Below, in pieces: positions 1-13,066 of a stretch of DNA of 63,674 nt. The stretch comes from Catajapyx aquilonaris (taxonomy: Eukaryota), in contig JYFJ02002064.1 of the NCBI GenBank assembly GCA_000934665.2, positions 1-63,674 of the forward strand, in the 5' to 3' direction. The notes below the pieces were generated by a model. It was not told the origin of the DNA and ran no database searches. It was given only the letters and a program-made list of their open reading frames with translations. Each line of letters begins with the position of its first letter. The stretch's first letter is position 1. The position numbers were made by a program, and so were the translations under genes.

Positions 1-1732
1 CCTGCTATTTTCCACCAGGTCTTAAGTATATGGAAAAGGAATCCCAGATGCTTCACTTCATCCTTTGTATGTAGTTAGGGGGGAGGGGGGAGGGGGGGAG
101 GGGAGGTTCAAAGACAAGTCTAACCGTGTTGTGGAGGAGGGGACCTGGATTCCATTTGGATGTCATTCTTTTTGTCTCTGTATAGATCCAGGACTAATCC
201 ATATAAAGTATAGATTTTGAGGGTGAGGGAGGCTGTAGGCTTGTATTATGTAACTGTGCTGGTGTATAGTGTATTTGGCAATGAATTTTACAAAGGGTGC
301 GCGGGCGATGGCTTCCATCATGGTTAAATGAATTAAGCAAGAGCCGCAGGGAGTAGGCAGTAACACATTGTTGTTCTTTTACATAAATGAATATATGTAA
401 CAGATTAAACATGATATGCGTCATTAACCTTTGCACATAGGAGCGGTAGTGTCGAAGGCAAAGAATTGGGTAAATGTCTGATTGACAATACGTAGAGGGA
501 CATAATGCTGATAATCATCAACTCAAATCAGATTGCAGACTGGGTAGCCTAGTAGTTATTATATCATAAAATTTATATCAGTACTAATTTTGTGTAACTG
601 TGTGCGACTTGGACGGGCTATTTATCCACTAATCACGTGTTACCTATAGCATCACGAAATGAGCACTAATATACTGACTAGCAACTGGGCCACTTTACAA
701 GTGGTTCGTTTAATAAAATAGGACAATTTACAAGTGACAGACAAATTACTATGGAGTATCCTAGTATGGGATAGGTGGGGCGAGCACTGCTCATTTAGCG
801 ATTAGTACTCATATACCAGTGTTGGGAAGGGTCAGCTGGGACCATGTTAGGCCTACTGTCAAGTAGAGTCTCCGGAGATCATCAGCCTTCCAGTTCCCAA
901 GGAAGAATTGCGTCATCCTTTGTCAAATGAGGTATAACATGATGGATCGATCATCTCTTTGTTATAAAAATAATTTGCTTGAGCCGTTATCTAAAAATTA
1001 TCATAAAGCTACCTGGGACAAACCCCACAGAGATTCGCCCTTTAATTGCTATTTTCGTCTGGGAGTAATTCCTGGTGGATTTATTGTGAGAGAAAATATT
1101 GCCACAATGTCGGAGTCCCGTACACTACACACACACACAATTTATATAACAAATTATGAGATGAGCAACTATTACATCACCAAATTCATATGAAATCTCC
1201 TAATTGTTTGCTGATGCATTCCAACAATGTCTTTTATAGACACATGACATAAAATAAAGTTAAGACGCAAAGTGTAATACAGGTACTACAAGTATGTCGC
1301 GCACATCACATTTTCAGTAATCAACCATGCTGTCATTGGGGCGTGATTGAAGTGATAATGGTTCATTACATTTTGTAACACCATTATACTTTGGTGTCTG
1401 CAAATGATCTAAATCCGAGGAGGTCCAATTTGAGGAGGGTGATCGATTTGACATGGATTGACCCACAGAGCTAGTGTGCCTTAATCGGTTTTGTCAGTGA
1501 CCAATCAAGAAGGCAGCGGGAGAATATAAAGCTTGTTTTTCGCCAACCGCATCTTGAGTCTACGAGAAACACTTCTCACTTCTCTCCATTGTGAGACGCG
1601 TCGCTTGTATGCAGGTTGTCATTTCTGCTTGTCCGCACTGTTTCTCATCAACTTATTGTCACTAATTGCATCGTTACAGGTGAAATTTGTAACTTGTCAC
1701 CTTTATGAAACAGGGCCCAGAAAGTAGGCCTA

Positions 1733-1870
1733 CTATCGGTCTCAAGTTTCGACACTTTATCCTGGTCTTGAAGCAACCATTCACACACATACACCTCCTC
1801 ACCGTGGGACCTGTACGAAGGGTTGCTTCAAGGCCAGGATAAAGTGTCCGAAACTAATTGAGACCGACAG
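1733..1870. mobile_element. Palindromic MITE, TA-flanked (family A copy 1)
   Basis: TA|CTATCGGTCTCAA...TTGAGACCGACAG|TA with long inverted arms (CACTTTATCCTGGTCTTGAAGCAACC / GGTTGCTTCAAGGCCAGGATAAAGTG). Second copy at 8701-8842. Confidence 0.8.
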
Positions 1871-2915
1871 TACATTTGAAGGGTTGTATACGTAATATCT
1901 GTTCCAAAAACTTTGGGCCACTTCGTCCTGACTCTTTATTCATCCTGGACGCAATCCGTTACCCACACACAGACGGGCTTCGCATTGAGTGGCAGGTGCA
2001 AAGGGTTGCTACATGCCCAGGATGAACGAAATATTCAGAACAAAGTAGCCTAAAGTATTTAGAACAGATAGTACAGTGTTGGACATTAATCGCGTCATGC
2101 TGCTAGCGACATTTTTCGATGCGGCAGACTTGCAAATTGAAGTGATAGAGTGCGAGCCGTGCGAGAAAGAAATGGTAGGCCTTGGGTCAAGCATATTTCT
2201 CCGTTTCCCCCCAGCCGGTGACGTCACTCAAGGCCTACCTCTTCTGATTCGCACGCCTCGCACTCTATTACTTCGATTTACAAGTCTGCCGCATCGGAAA
2301 ATGTCGCTAGAGCAGTAGTGGAACAATTTGAAAAGTGTAGCCATTTTGGCTACAGAAAAAAATCGCATCCAAAACTGTACAATGCCTCACTCAATTTTCG
2401 ATCTTCATATGGAAACGCTGATTGGCGTATGGGAAGGGTACTTTTGGCACGTCCTAATTTGACCTCGCCTTTAAATGACCTAACATATGAATGAATTCTA
2501 ATTTTAGAAAATGCAATCAGTGTAATTATCAGCAGTTTCTACACCCCCAAAAAAAACCTTTGCCGCCCCCTTTATAAAGCAAGTGAATAATTGATCACAG
2601 CATCCATTCATTCCGTACAAAAGAGCTCCCCTGGTATAACACTATACTGTAGGTTACTGTTTAACGTACATGCCTGAATTTCACTTAAAAATGCTTATGT
2701 ACCGAGAACTACATAGAAGCAGGCATTTGAACTACAGAGTATAAAGCCCCTCTAAAGCTAGTGCACGTCTGCGTATTGTGAGGCTGCAACGCATCTCATC
2801 TCCTTAAGGTTTTAGCATCTGGATCCACGTCCTAGCGTGGAAACTCCTTGGACCACTGAAATGACGGGAAATTTACCCTCCCCCTCTACCCCCCTACCCC
2901 TCTTCTCTTTCACAG

Positions 2916-3001
2916 GGGAATCCTTTTACAAGGGCAGGAGCGCTACGAAGAGGCCATTCAGAGCTACAAGATGGCCATTCAGTATCGACCCAGGCTGGCC
3001 C
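2916..3001 (+). CDS. TMTC2: TMTC2-like protein O-mannosyltransferase, internal TPR exon
   Basis: Acceptor tcttctctttcacag and donor gtaagt. Translates GILLQGQERYEEAIQSYKMAIQYRPRLA, a TPR motif resembling TMTC2. It ends in phase 1 (C), which joins TG of the 16659 exon to give CTG (Leu) in frame. Too short for the ORF track. Confidence 0.9.
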
Positions 3002-4200
3002 GTAAGTACAGAAGGGGGACCTGCACGTCTGGGGGGAGGAGATGGGGGGATGGAACTAGTGGGGGGGGGAATGGGCAGAATTTGGGATATTTGGGTAGAA
3101 TTTTTGTGTGTGGATTTGGGGATCGTTTTTGTTGCGGTTCTTGGACTGTCATGATGGATTAATGGTGTAATCTGGTGGTGCTTCATAAGGTCAAGGTTAG
3201 GAAGGTGATGGGGATTATGGACATAGGTCAGAGTGTGGATCGTGTCAATTCTGTACTGACTCATAAGTAGTGCAAGCGAGGACTGTAGGCTACTGGCTGG
3301 GGAAATAGTACAATGATAAGTATGGAAAAACAATGGCAAAAGATAAGTAGTAACTAACGTAGGAAAATTATCTCATGACACCTAATTTTAGACAATTTAA
3401 TTTCACATACAAATTAACACGTAATGAAACAACGTATTACTGCAGACTTGACCAAAGCGAAATAAAGGCGCTTTATTCATTAAAGCAATGTAATTTCATA
3501 GTGTCCCAAGTTGTGCCTTCTATTCTGAAGTTAGGATACATGACTGACAACATTACTTTAGATGTAAGTTGGGAAGCAGTGCCACAAGTCTTTTGTCCGG
3601 ACAATTGCTTCTGGAATGGCTCATTTGGAAAGACCATATTTAGAATCCAGCCAAGAAACTGGCCGGAGCAAGCTGGATAGTCCATTCATAAAATGTAATA
3701 CTCCATGAAACCAAAAACCATTGCATTTTATAGCGTATCATGAAAGTGAATTCTTCCGTTCATTACAAGGTCAAATTCTTCTACCTGCTCATAGAGCTGA
3801 ACGTTAGTGCAAGAGTTTCAGTGGCCTCCTAACTATCAGTGTTGCCCTTGGTGTTGCCTGTCTTGGTTTTTGGTGTATTTGGACGGTGGTATGCAATAAT
3901 GAGTCAACCCACATGAGAACAGTTTTGGAGGAAAGGGCTTTGAAGGTCATACCTGTGAAATTAATTCAGTGTCCTTTTCGGTCATTTATGGCAGAAGTAT
4001 GCAGATTTCACCAGTGTGATTTTAACTTAATGAAGTAGAATCCTTGAGGTATGTTCCTTAGCTCAATTTCAACATTTTTGTGAGTTGACCCATTATTGCA
4101 TAACACCGTCCATTTGGCCCTCTGAAACACTCATACACAGATTTAAGCTTAAATGCTGTGATTTATGTGCTGAAAATGGAATTTATTTTATATGAATATA

Positions 4201-4424
4201 AGGGTGTTCCAAATTCGTGGGTGGTTTTTATAACTGATATCGCCCGATAGCAGTTATTTTTTGTAGCTTATTGTGCCCCGACCCAGGTTCCCCATTACTG
4301 ACGGGGAATCGAATATAGCAGTTGCTATAGAATGGGGCATCTGGTTTGGGGAACAACAAGCTACAAAAAAATAACTACTATCAGGCGATATCAGTTATAA
4401 AAAACGACCCACGGGAACACCCTG
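4201..4424. mobile_element. Tc1/mariner-type MITE (CAGGGTGTTCC termini)
   Basis: Inverted arms TTATAACTGATATCGCC...GGCGATATCAGTTATAA; right end GGAACACCCTG|TA. Related fragments at 8571-9125, 10360-10429 and 19827-20342. Confidence 0.75.
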
Positions 4425-4562
4425 TATATTTGCATATAAAGACCTGAAATGCAGAATGATCATAATCACATATTAATTGAAGTACTGCTTAATAATTTGT
4501 TACAGTGTTCGGGTGGTCGAGTAAGAAACATGGTCTTAGAATACTAAGGTCTGATCACTCCC

Positions 4563-4860
4563 TCTTATCGCCTGCCGGGGCGTTTTGCATGAGGTGTTCA
4601 CTTGAGAGCGCCATGAGACCTTTCACTGCTACAATATGTGGCGACCCTACCGGACCGCGCTGAACTTTATAGGTACAAAAGGGAAGCGCTACATGCGGGC
4701 ACAACATGGCCGCCGGCGACCATGTTGGGCCCGCATGTAGCGGCTTCTTCTACCTGAGTTCAGCGTAGTCCGGTAGGGTCGCCACATATCGTAGCAGTGA
4801 AAGGTCTCATGGCGCTCTCAAGTGAGCACCTCATGCAAAACGCCCCGGCAGGCGATAAGA
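4563..4860. repeat. Near-perfect ~300-bp palindrome (foldback MITE, unclassified)
   Basis: TCTTATCGCCTGCCGGGGCGTTTTGCATGAGGTG... is mirrored by ...CACCTCATGCAAAACGCCCCGGCAGGCGATAAGA. Pairing continues almost to the centre (ACATGGCCGCCGGCGACCATGT). Confidence 0.9.
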
Positions 4861-5426
4861 TAAGATTGTAGGGGTAGTGTCCGGGAGCTGGTCAGAACCT
4901 ACAAGTCAAGGGCACATATACCAGCTCCCATGTAATGCGTAGCTATTACCAGATTTTCAGTGTTATGCTCTCTGTATTTTTAATAACGAGGTGCAGCCAT
5001 ACCTTGCTAGTACAGCTGAGATGAACAGAGTTTGCCTTAGGAAACATTTGGAGCAACACTGATGAGCTTCAAAAGACAGAATAGTGTCAGATTACCTCCC
5101 GAAGCAAGACAACAGGTGCATTACTAAATGACATTAGGTTGAAGGGAAACTTATTGGAAACATGTCTCGGCAGTAAGTTCAACTAAACATTATCCTTCGA
5201 ATATTTTGTGAACAACAGTTTTCCGATAGATTTCACACCAGCTATTTGCATTCAATTGTCACATGCCTATTTTGCATTTCGTATTTTGCCACACAGCAGT
5301 TAATCCTCCCCCATTTTCATTTGCATACGTTAAATATGACTCGCCCCAAAAATATTCCAACCAACTTTAAAAAAAAGTAGTTACAAATACCGCATCTGCA
5401 GACGCAGGGACTTGTATTCTAATTTG

Positions 5427-5429
<3 letters not shown>

Positions 5430-5470
<41 letters not shown>
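5430..5470. repeat. (CT)n microsatellite
   Basis: Run of ~20 TC units. Confidence 0.95.
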
Positions 5471-5478
<8 letters not shown>

Positions 5479-6353
5479 ACAAAAAAAAAATGAAAATACC
5501 CTTCACTAGCATGTGGTCTTTATGCAAATCCCCATTTGCGAATTTAGGCTCTCATCTCTCCCCGAGGAAGGGAAACTTGCTTTGACTCGTAACTGGTCTC
5601 TCCCCTTCCTCGCTGAAAACCAGACAGCGAATTAGCATGAAATTTTCGCAATAACGTTAATAATTGCCCAGCGGAAGGGGGAATAAATCCTACATGTTGA
5701 TCCAGCCTTTGGGAGGATTGGGATGGAGGGGGGAGTAGGGGGAAGGAGGGGAGAGATGGGAAGGGAAAAGATGCCCGAGAGGAGGTAGGATTCGACTTTT
5801 TTTTTTTCTTCCTTTCTGATGTTTACTTTCCTCCGCCTGACTTAATTAAAAGCTGGCTCGTCGCTTCCGTTTACTCTTTCGCGAGCCCTAAGCTAGAAAT
5901 ATGCTCGCTTGCTGCTTAGTGGAAGAACCTTGAGAAGCTGGAGAGGAAGATGGTAGGCGTTGGAAGTGAAGAACTCGCTGGTGTTGTCTGGAAGGAAGAA
6001 AGTCTGTGATGTTGTCACTTGTGGAGATAGGAGGCGAGGCATGACAGACGTGTTGTACAGTGTTGGGAGGAAATTCCGAGTCTTATGTCAGGATGTTTCT
6101 TCTAAGGGAAGTGTGAAGCTAAATCTCTAGAAATACTGAAATGGCTGAAGGAACCAAAATTTTAGCTTGAAAATATTTTATTGGTTGAACGATATAGGCT
6201 AACAGAACAGTTTGGTTGACAGATATGTGCTTGTTTCAGCCTAATATTCAGTCATAAAAATATGTATATCGACTTATCGAGGCAACCAAATATTTATATT
6301 GAACAACCAACCTTATTTTGGTAAATTCAACAAAACGCTGGGCATAACCTTTT

Positions 6354-6600
6354 GAGCAGGGTCCCCTACATAGTTGCCTCCCCCACCCTAACCAGGGTAT
6401 TGTCTCCACGTAGTCCTTATGGGGCGTCCATATTGGATCTAGATTGCATGCTGGAGGATAGGAAATTGGCAAGCGTCCAATTATTTTTTTTCAATGACAT
6501 TTTTTCACTGCATGCAGATCCAATCTGATTTAGGTCCAATATGTCGGAGAGACAATACCCTCTCTAGGTGGGGGAGGCACTCATGGAGGTTACCCTGCTT
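6354..6600. mobile_element. Degenerate inverted-repeat element
   Basis: TGCCTCCCCCACCTA..AGGGTATTGTCTC is mirrored by GAGACAATACCCT..TAGGTGGGGGAGGCA. Confidence 0.6.
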
Positions 6601-6612
6601 TTGAGAACGTAG

Positions 6613-7026
6613 CAGTACCGTTCATAAAGAATGGTACACTACGACTCTATATGGACGATATGTTTACCCTGTTCTCAACCCCTGGGTCGCCAGCATGTTT
6701 TTAGGGGTCATGAGGAAGTCCGGGAAAGGGGAATCAAAATAAAATAAAAATGAGAAGAAAAAAACAAAGCAAAGTATGAAAATTTGAAGGGGGAAATTCA
6801 CATCAAATCTACGTAAGCATTGCACCTGGTTGAACATTTTGGTAATTAAAATTTTAGGGATGGGTCAAACGAGTCACCATACCAGAGGTCACCCTGAGGT
6901 CACCATACCAGAAGTCCAGAAAAGGTTGGCCATAGGGTTTCGTCGAAACAAGGTTGGGAATAATGCTGGATAAACAGAATAAACATTTCGTCCATATAGT
7001 CGTACCATTCTTTATGAACGAGACTG
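6613..7026. mobile_element. Tc1/pogo-like MITE
   Basis: CAGTACCGTTCATAAAGAATGGTAC at the left end and GTACCATTCTTTATGAACGAGACTG|TA at the right end. Confidence 0.65.
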
Positions 7027-7044
7027 TACATCGTTCCTGACCCC

Positions 7045-7143
7045 GAAGAGTCATGAAGGGTTATGGTCGTGGTCCCAATAATAAACAGGTTGACAACAAC
7101 TAAACTCGTCTCCGGCTGTCTCACGACTGACTACAACCTCAGG
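7045..7143. repeat. Dispersed repeat, inverted partner at ~11121-11215
   Basis: CTCGTCTCCGGCTGTCTCAC..ACTACAACCTCA is the reverse complement of TGAGGTTGTAGT..GTGAGACAGCCGGAGACGAG at 11124-11159. Confidence 0.65.
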
Positions 7144-8570
7144 CGTCCATCCAGGTACGTCCCCCGCATCCACGCCATCTTTGGGCAAAACTGCCTTCTC
7201 CTCACCAACTCCATCTATTGGCTGCGGGGTGTCACAACCTATATTAACCTTCCGATTTGTTTGAATTGAACATTTTGGTTCTTTAAGCTAAATATGTTTA
7301 AAATTGTAATACCGACGTGTTTAAATTTACTAAACTTTATAAGCAGTATCTTATCGCTTCTATGAATTCGACTTATAAATTGCGTTTTTTATTTTTGAAA
7401 AGGAAACAGGAACAGGCTGGAGCACGTAAATAATATTTCATCCTACTGAAATTAATTCCGAATTGACCGGAAATTTCTTTTTTGGTTTCTATTCTGGAAT
7501 TTTCAGTACATTAAGCATTAAGGATCGTCTTCCTGAGCTTGGCCCTGCTCCAATTGAGGCTCCTTTTATTTTATTCCTGGGATTATCATCGAGTCTTATT
7601 TTCCTTGCAGTTTCCACTGGTAATCGTACTAGTTGGCTTTTTATCTTGATATACTATGCACCCCTGGGGCATTTTTGCTACCCGAAATGTGGTTCACCTC
7701 TTTGGATTATTCTAAGCCAGTAGTTTCCAAGTTTACGCTGTACTTATTCAATGTCTAATTCATTACACCACTCCCGAGTTTCTGAACAGATTTTCTAGTT
7801 TTTAGATCAGGTATCCAGCAGGTGGTGCAAACTATCATAGTAACTTCAACCAGATCGATTACTTCCAAAAAAAAAAAAATGCCTGCGCCCATCAGACTTG
7901 AAATTTTTGCGTAATACCACTCGAAATGACTACCCGATAATTAATTTGTACAAAAAATCATATGATGCTGATGAGCTGATCACGAACCAGTGCGCCATAT
8001 TAGTAAGGCTACATTTCATAGGACAGGTATGGTCTATTTTTTGTGATTTTTCTCCCCCCTTTTCCGCTTTTTCAGCTCTCAGCTCATGCATTTCAGCGCC
8101 ATTAAAATTCGTCACGCATTAACCTCCCAATACTTTCCAATTTGTAGCAAATGCGGTGCATCCGGGCCAGCGTCTTTTTTTTTCTACAGTGGGACCGGAC
8201 TGGTAAAGTTAGAGGTGGGTCTAGGAATGAAAAGAGGAGGAAGAGGCTAGTGTAGGATGTTACAAATGGGACTCTGCGTGGGTTACCATTAGCGTGAGGC
8301 TGAGAGTGGTAATAATAGACTGGTTGGGGAGGCCTGCTGCCTATGTGACCAGAATGGCCCAACCAGATCCTAATTGCATCTAGATGACCTTTTCTGTCCG
8401 AACCCAGCCGCCTTCTGAAGAAAAACTATCGAATTACGAGGCCTAAGGAATTAGTCAGGAGGCATGGTTTTCATCAATAGGCTATTATAGGCTTGCGTCT
8501 TAGTTGATGCCTTATAAATGCTGGAATGAGGCTTTTTCTGGATAGTGTGGAAAACAAAACCGCGAATATA

Positions 8571-9125
8571 CCAAGTCGTGGGTCGTTTTTTGTTATCGCT
8601 AATATCGTCCGAAATACAGTTGTGTAGCTTGTTGTACCCCGATCCAGGTGCCTTCGAATGTAGCAGTGGCTATATAGAATAGGACAACTGATTAGGGGTA
8701 CTATGGGGCTCAAATTGTTTTGGGCACTTTATCTTGGTCTTGAAGCAACCCTTCACACAGACACACTTGCTCACCGTGGGGCCTGTGCGAAGGGTTGCTT
8801 CAAGACCAGGATAAAGTGGCCAAAACAATTTGAGCCCCATAGTACATTAAGCTAGAAAAAACAACTTTCAGCGAAATACTACAGGGTGGACCAACTTCAA
8901 GTGTCGTTTTATAACGGCCGATTAATAGCAGTGATTTTGCGATGACGTAGCAGCGACGTGTAAAATGTCCCACTTTCGATGGCGCCGAAGTGGGCCATTT
9001 TACCCGTCGCTGCTACGTGCTTGTAAAGCGCTTCTATTAATAGCCGTTATAAAACGACACTTGAAGTTTGTCCACCCTGTATAACAATAACTATTATAAA
9101 AGGTCCCACGAACTTGGAACACCCT
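8571..9125. mobile_element. Nested MITE stack: CAGGGTGTTCC-family host with two inserts (8701-8842, 8882-9079)
   Basis: Host is similar to 4201-4424. Insert 1 is TA|CTATGGGGCTCAAATTG...CAATTTGAGCCCCATAG|TA. Insert 2 is TA|CAGGGTGGACCAACTTCAAGTGTCG...CGACACTTGAAGTTTGTCCACCCTG|TA. Confidence 0.8.
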
Positions 9126-9149
9126 CTGTGCTGTATAGTACATTAGGTA

Positions 9150-9363
9150 CACCCACGAGCATATAAAGTTGGAGACGGTAGGCCCTCACCTTCAGCAGGG
9201 TGCTCTGCCAATCTCAGCTATTATGGTATCAAATGTACTGTTATAAATACACGAACACACTCATGAAGCAGCTAACTCTGTCCAAAAATAGTCCATTTAT
9301 TTGAGTCGGATAAAGAAAGGTCAGAGAAGGCCCGCAGCGTCTCCAACTTTATGCTCGCGGGTG
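9150..9363. mobile_element. Tc1/mariner-type MITE
   Basis: TA|CACCCACGAGCATATAAAGTTGGAGACG...CGTCTCCAACTTTATGCTCGCGGGTG|TA. Confidence 0.75.
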
Positions 9364-9726
9364 TACATCTAGACCGATTTAACAAGTCTAACACGTGTTA
9401 TTCCAACATGTAAAAGAAAATGGGTCTACAGTATTTTAAGGCAGATACTCTAGCAGATAAATCCCACGGTCTATTGATGACGCGTTATTAATAGTACCTT
9501 AAGCTGGTAGCTGTCTCTCTCTTTATTAGAAACCTGGAGATCTGAAAAATAGGCCGTCTATTACGAAGGACGTTCAACTCTGACATTTTACAGAATTCAG
9601 AAGAAAACCCGAAACTTCTTCCAGGCATATTTTTATTACTTCTGTACTGTCGCGAAGAAAATGCATAGTACGATAGTGACCATTGCATTCAATCATTCAC
9701 CAGTGCATATGGTTTAATGTACGATT

Positions 9727-9945
9727 TACTCGTACATATACTCGTATACTATACTCGTATATACTCGTATACTACTCGTATACTATACTCGTATATACTC
9801 GTATATATATACTCTTATACTACTTGTATATACTACTTGTATATACTACTTGTATATACTACTTGTATGCTACTTGTATATACTACTTGTATATACTACT
9901 TGTATACTACTTGTATATACTACTCGTATACTACTCTTGTACTAC
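9727..9945. repeat. Low-complexity tandem repeat (TACTCGTATA / TACTACTTGTATA)
   Basis: Visible tandem units; they generate spurious Tyr/Ile-rich ORFs. Confidence 0.9.
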
Positions 9946-9948
9946 GTA

Positions 9949-10346
9949 CAGTGCTGGACAAATTAGCCGTCGCTTTTTTTTTCCGTCGGCGACGGCGCTG
10001 CGTTACCTGGCAACCCCGTCCGGCGGGCCAATTCAAACATCAGCCCATGGAGAGCGCTTCCATTGTTGCCACTGTTTACAAATCGAGTGAGTGACCCCAA
10101 AATGACTTATTGCTTCTAACATCATTATTTTCCTGCGTATATCCCTGCAGATACTGTGTAAGCAGACAGAAGAGACCCGTCGCTGGGTCGTCCGCGTCAC
10201 TCACTCGATTTGTAAACAGTGGCAACAATGGAAGCGCTCTCCATGGGCTGATGTTTGAATTGGCCCGCCGGACGGGGTTGCCAGGTAACGCCGCCGCCGC
10301 CGCCGAAGGAAAAAACATTCAGCGACGGCTAATATGTCCAGCACTG
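9949..10346. mobile_element. Tc1-like MITE with ~145-bp TIRs
   Basis: TA|CAGTGCTGGACA...TGTCCAGCACTG|TA. Arms are near-perfect, and CAGTGCTGG is a Tc1-type terminus. Confidence 0.85.
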
Positions 10347-12952
10347 TACGATATATGATAGCTTTGAGAGAAATTTCCTATAACAATAACTACTGTAGTA
10401 TAAAAGGCCTCACGACCTGGAACACCCTGTATTTCTTATGCACTTTGAATATGTGAGCGATGGCTGAGTCACCTGTGGAAGAATTTTGAGTCGTACTTGT
10501 GAAAATCCAATTGTTCATGCGTCGGTTTCGTAATTTGGGTCGAAATGAAAGCAAAAGAGAGGATGAAAGAATCAGAAAAGAAAGTGGGGGTTGGAGCGGA
10601 TAGAAAAGGAGGTGCAAAAAAAAAAGGCCGATGACTGCCCCTGGCTGCGAAAGAATATTGGAAAGAGGCTTTTTTGGAGGGGGTTTTTGGCGAGTGAAGG
10701 GAGGGGATGGGGGGGGGGGNGGGTTCAGGGAAAGGGAGGTAGGGAGGAGCTCATTTCTCTCGGTTCTCGCATGCAATTTCCAAAGTGAGTTAGGCCTCAA
10801 GCATTATTTCCCCGCTTCGATTTTAATGGCTTTGGAGTCTTAGGAGGTTGGTTTCGCCTTTTTAAATGTGTGGCGGGTTCCATGTGGCTCTGGGACTGAC
10901 TGCTTTTTTTCCCCCCTAAAGTGAGTTTTATGTGCCAAACTTGTACAGAGAGTCCATGAGGGTTTGAATTTGCCGGAATTTTAAAAATGGAACGTGTTGG
11001 ATTTCCAATCACTAGATAGCATTGTTGAAGGTTGCCTGCCTATATATACTCTAGATAGAGTTAGGGAGGAATTGATAGTTTTGCCAAAAGATGGCGCGGT
11101 GTGGAGGACCTGGAAGAAGGCTTGAGGTTGTAGTTAATTGTGAGACAGCCGGAGACGAGGCTAGTTATTGGCAACCTGTGTATTATTGGACAACAATGAC
11201 GACCCTGGGTGACTGCAAAAGGCAGGTCAGATCTCACAGAATTGAATGATTTTAGGTCAATTACACATCATCGGAAGAGTCCATTTTTTTTAAACTAACT
11301 GCTGGCCCACTACCATGTCAAGGGGGAGATACGTGCAGAGTACCAGTAAAGGATAATGAGTTTCAAAATTAATGGTCGGCAAAATGTTGGCGATGGATCG
11401 CAAAGCAAGTTGAAATGATGCGTTCTATGAAGATGTAATTAAGCCTAATAAAATATGAATCACCACTCGAAGGTATTATGCTCTAACAAGACTGATTACA
11501 ATGTGCACGATGTTAACTACTATTTACCTCTCATTTGCAATGTAAAAATGGCGTCACTGCTGTCGCTCGGCAGCTTCATAATGACACAATTCTCGATCCT
11601 GTCACCATTCCAAAATGTTGAAATTAAATAAGCGAGCCGATAATTGGGCTTCCAATATCAGGAAATGCGTAGCTCGATTGCAATGTTAATAATATACGCG
11701 CGGCAATATTTGGAGGGCATGAAACTTGTTTGCCAATAATGCTTGATGATCCATTTGAACTTTCGCCATTGGGCTATTTATCTCAATGACTTTTAGTTGT
11801 ACCAGTTTAATATTAAAGACTTGCATATTTGGTTGAACTAACCAGGACATTTTGATTACCGGTACTTCAATCAAATGTTTGGTTGAATAATTTTAGTCGA
11901 TTTAACTGAAATTTTATTTTGAGCGTATCCAACTAATTTATCGAAACATATGTCCTATGTGGTCCTCCCACCTCCTCCTTCCCCTTCCTTTTCCATCAGC
12001 ATGAACAGGTGACGACATACTGTGTTTGAGGCATGGCCCCGGTCAGGGTAGGATTAGCAGGGGGTTGGAATTAATCGATCTGCAGGTTTGCAAATGGGTT
12101 GCTTAGCCTGTAACATGTAATAACATCACTGCGAGCGCCCTGTCGTAAAAGTGGATTGGACAGGTTGGATGGAAGAGGCTGAGGATAATGCTATTTATGA
12201 TGGCCAGTGCATTTGGGGAAAACCTGCAAGGATAAAAGGCAGGACAGAGAGGAAGGGAGGCAGGGACAAAAACGGATTTTGTGTAAAAGTGGGCTACGTA
12301 GTGCTCTAGTTGGACATAATTAGGGACGAACTCCAGTGACAAAATGACGCTTTTTAACTGCCTACAAGGCAAAATACGCAGATGTACTGCTTTAAAAAGT
12401 TTGGTTATCTCCTAATTAAAGCTTACGGTTAGTCTTCCTGTGTTGCCTATTTTGTCACCAATCACCCTTCTTCTTCATCTCCGCCCAGATATGAGCCCAC
12501 CTCCCGTGCGATTTCCTCCCAAATCTCACTCCTCTGGAAGTGATTTTCTTCTCCCTGGAGGTCTCTCCGGGGCCTCCAAGATGAATACCTCATCTCTTTC
12601 CTCCCTGCAGCATCTCAGACCCTCATCACGACTCTCAGCAGCAAACTCATACCCTCCCCATCCCTACCCACACCATAACCCATATTCCTCTGCCCACAAC
12701 CTCCGATCAGAAATGTATATGACTCCGTCTTCTAAAGTCAAGTGACCACCTTTTAGTTGTCTAATAGCAATCAGTAGATATCAGCCACTAAATGTACTAC
12801 CTTGGTAATGCCATGTAGAAACTCAGCCTCATTTTGCAAAAAAAACAACAAACAAACAAACAAACAAACTGTAATATCTGAGTCAATGGACGAAACGACA
12901 TTAATTTTTAACATATTCAGATTATCAGTGTTGGAAGTTACTTCAGTTATTT

Positions 12953-13066
12953 CCAAAGGGTTAACCACTTCTCTACTCTTTGGTTCTTTCTTTGGTTCTT
13001 ACTCTTTGTTACTCCTTGAATTTGGTTCTCCAGTGTACACTTTTCAGTCGAGTGGTTAACCCCTGG
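12953..13066. mobile_element. Small hAT-like MITE (GGGTTAACCACT termini)
   Basis: CCAAAGGGTTAACCACT...AGTGGTTAACCCCTGG flanked by direct GTTATTT. Relatives at 18817-19078 and ~24705-24849. Confidence 0.65.

Noticed and set aside
5060..5085. Hammerhead core CTGATGAG (also at ~7968 and minus-strand ~14051)
   Set aside because: No properly placed GAAA and no stems I-III.
9683..10358. Tyr-rich ORFs of 80-135 aa
   Set aside because: Translations of a tandem repeat and a palindromic MITE.
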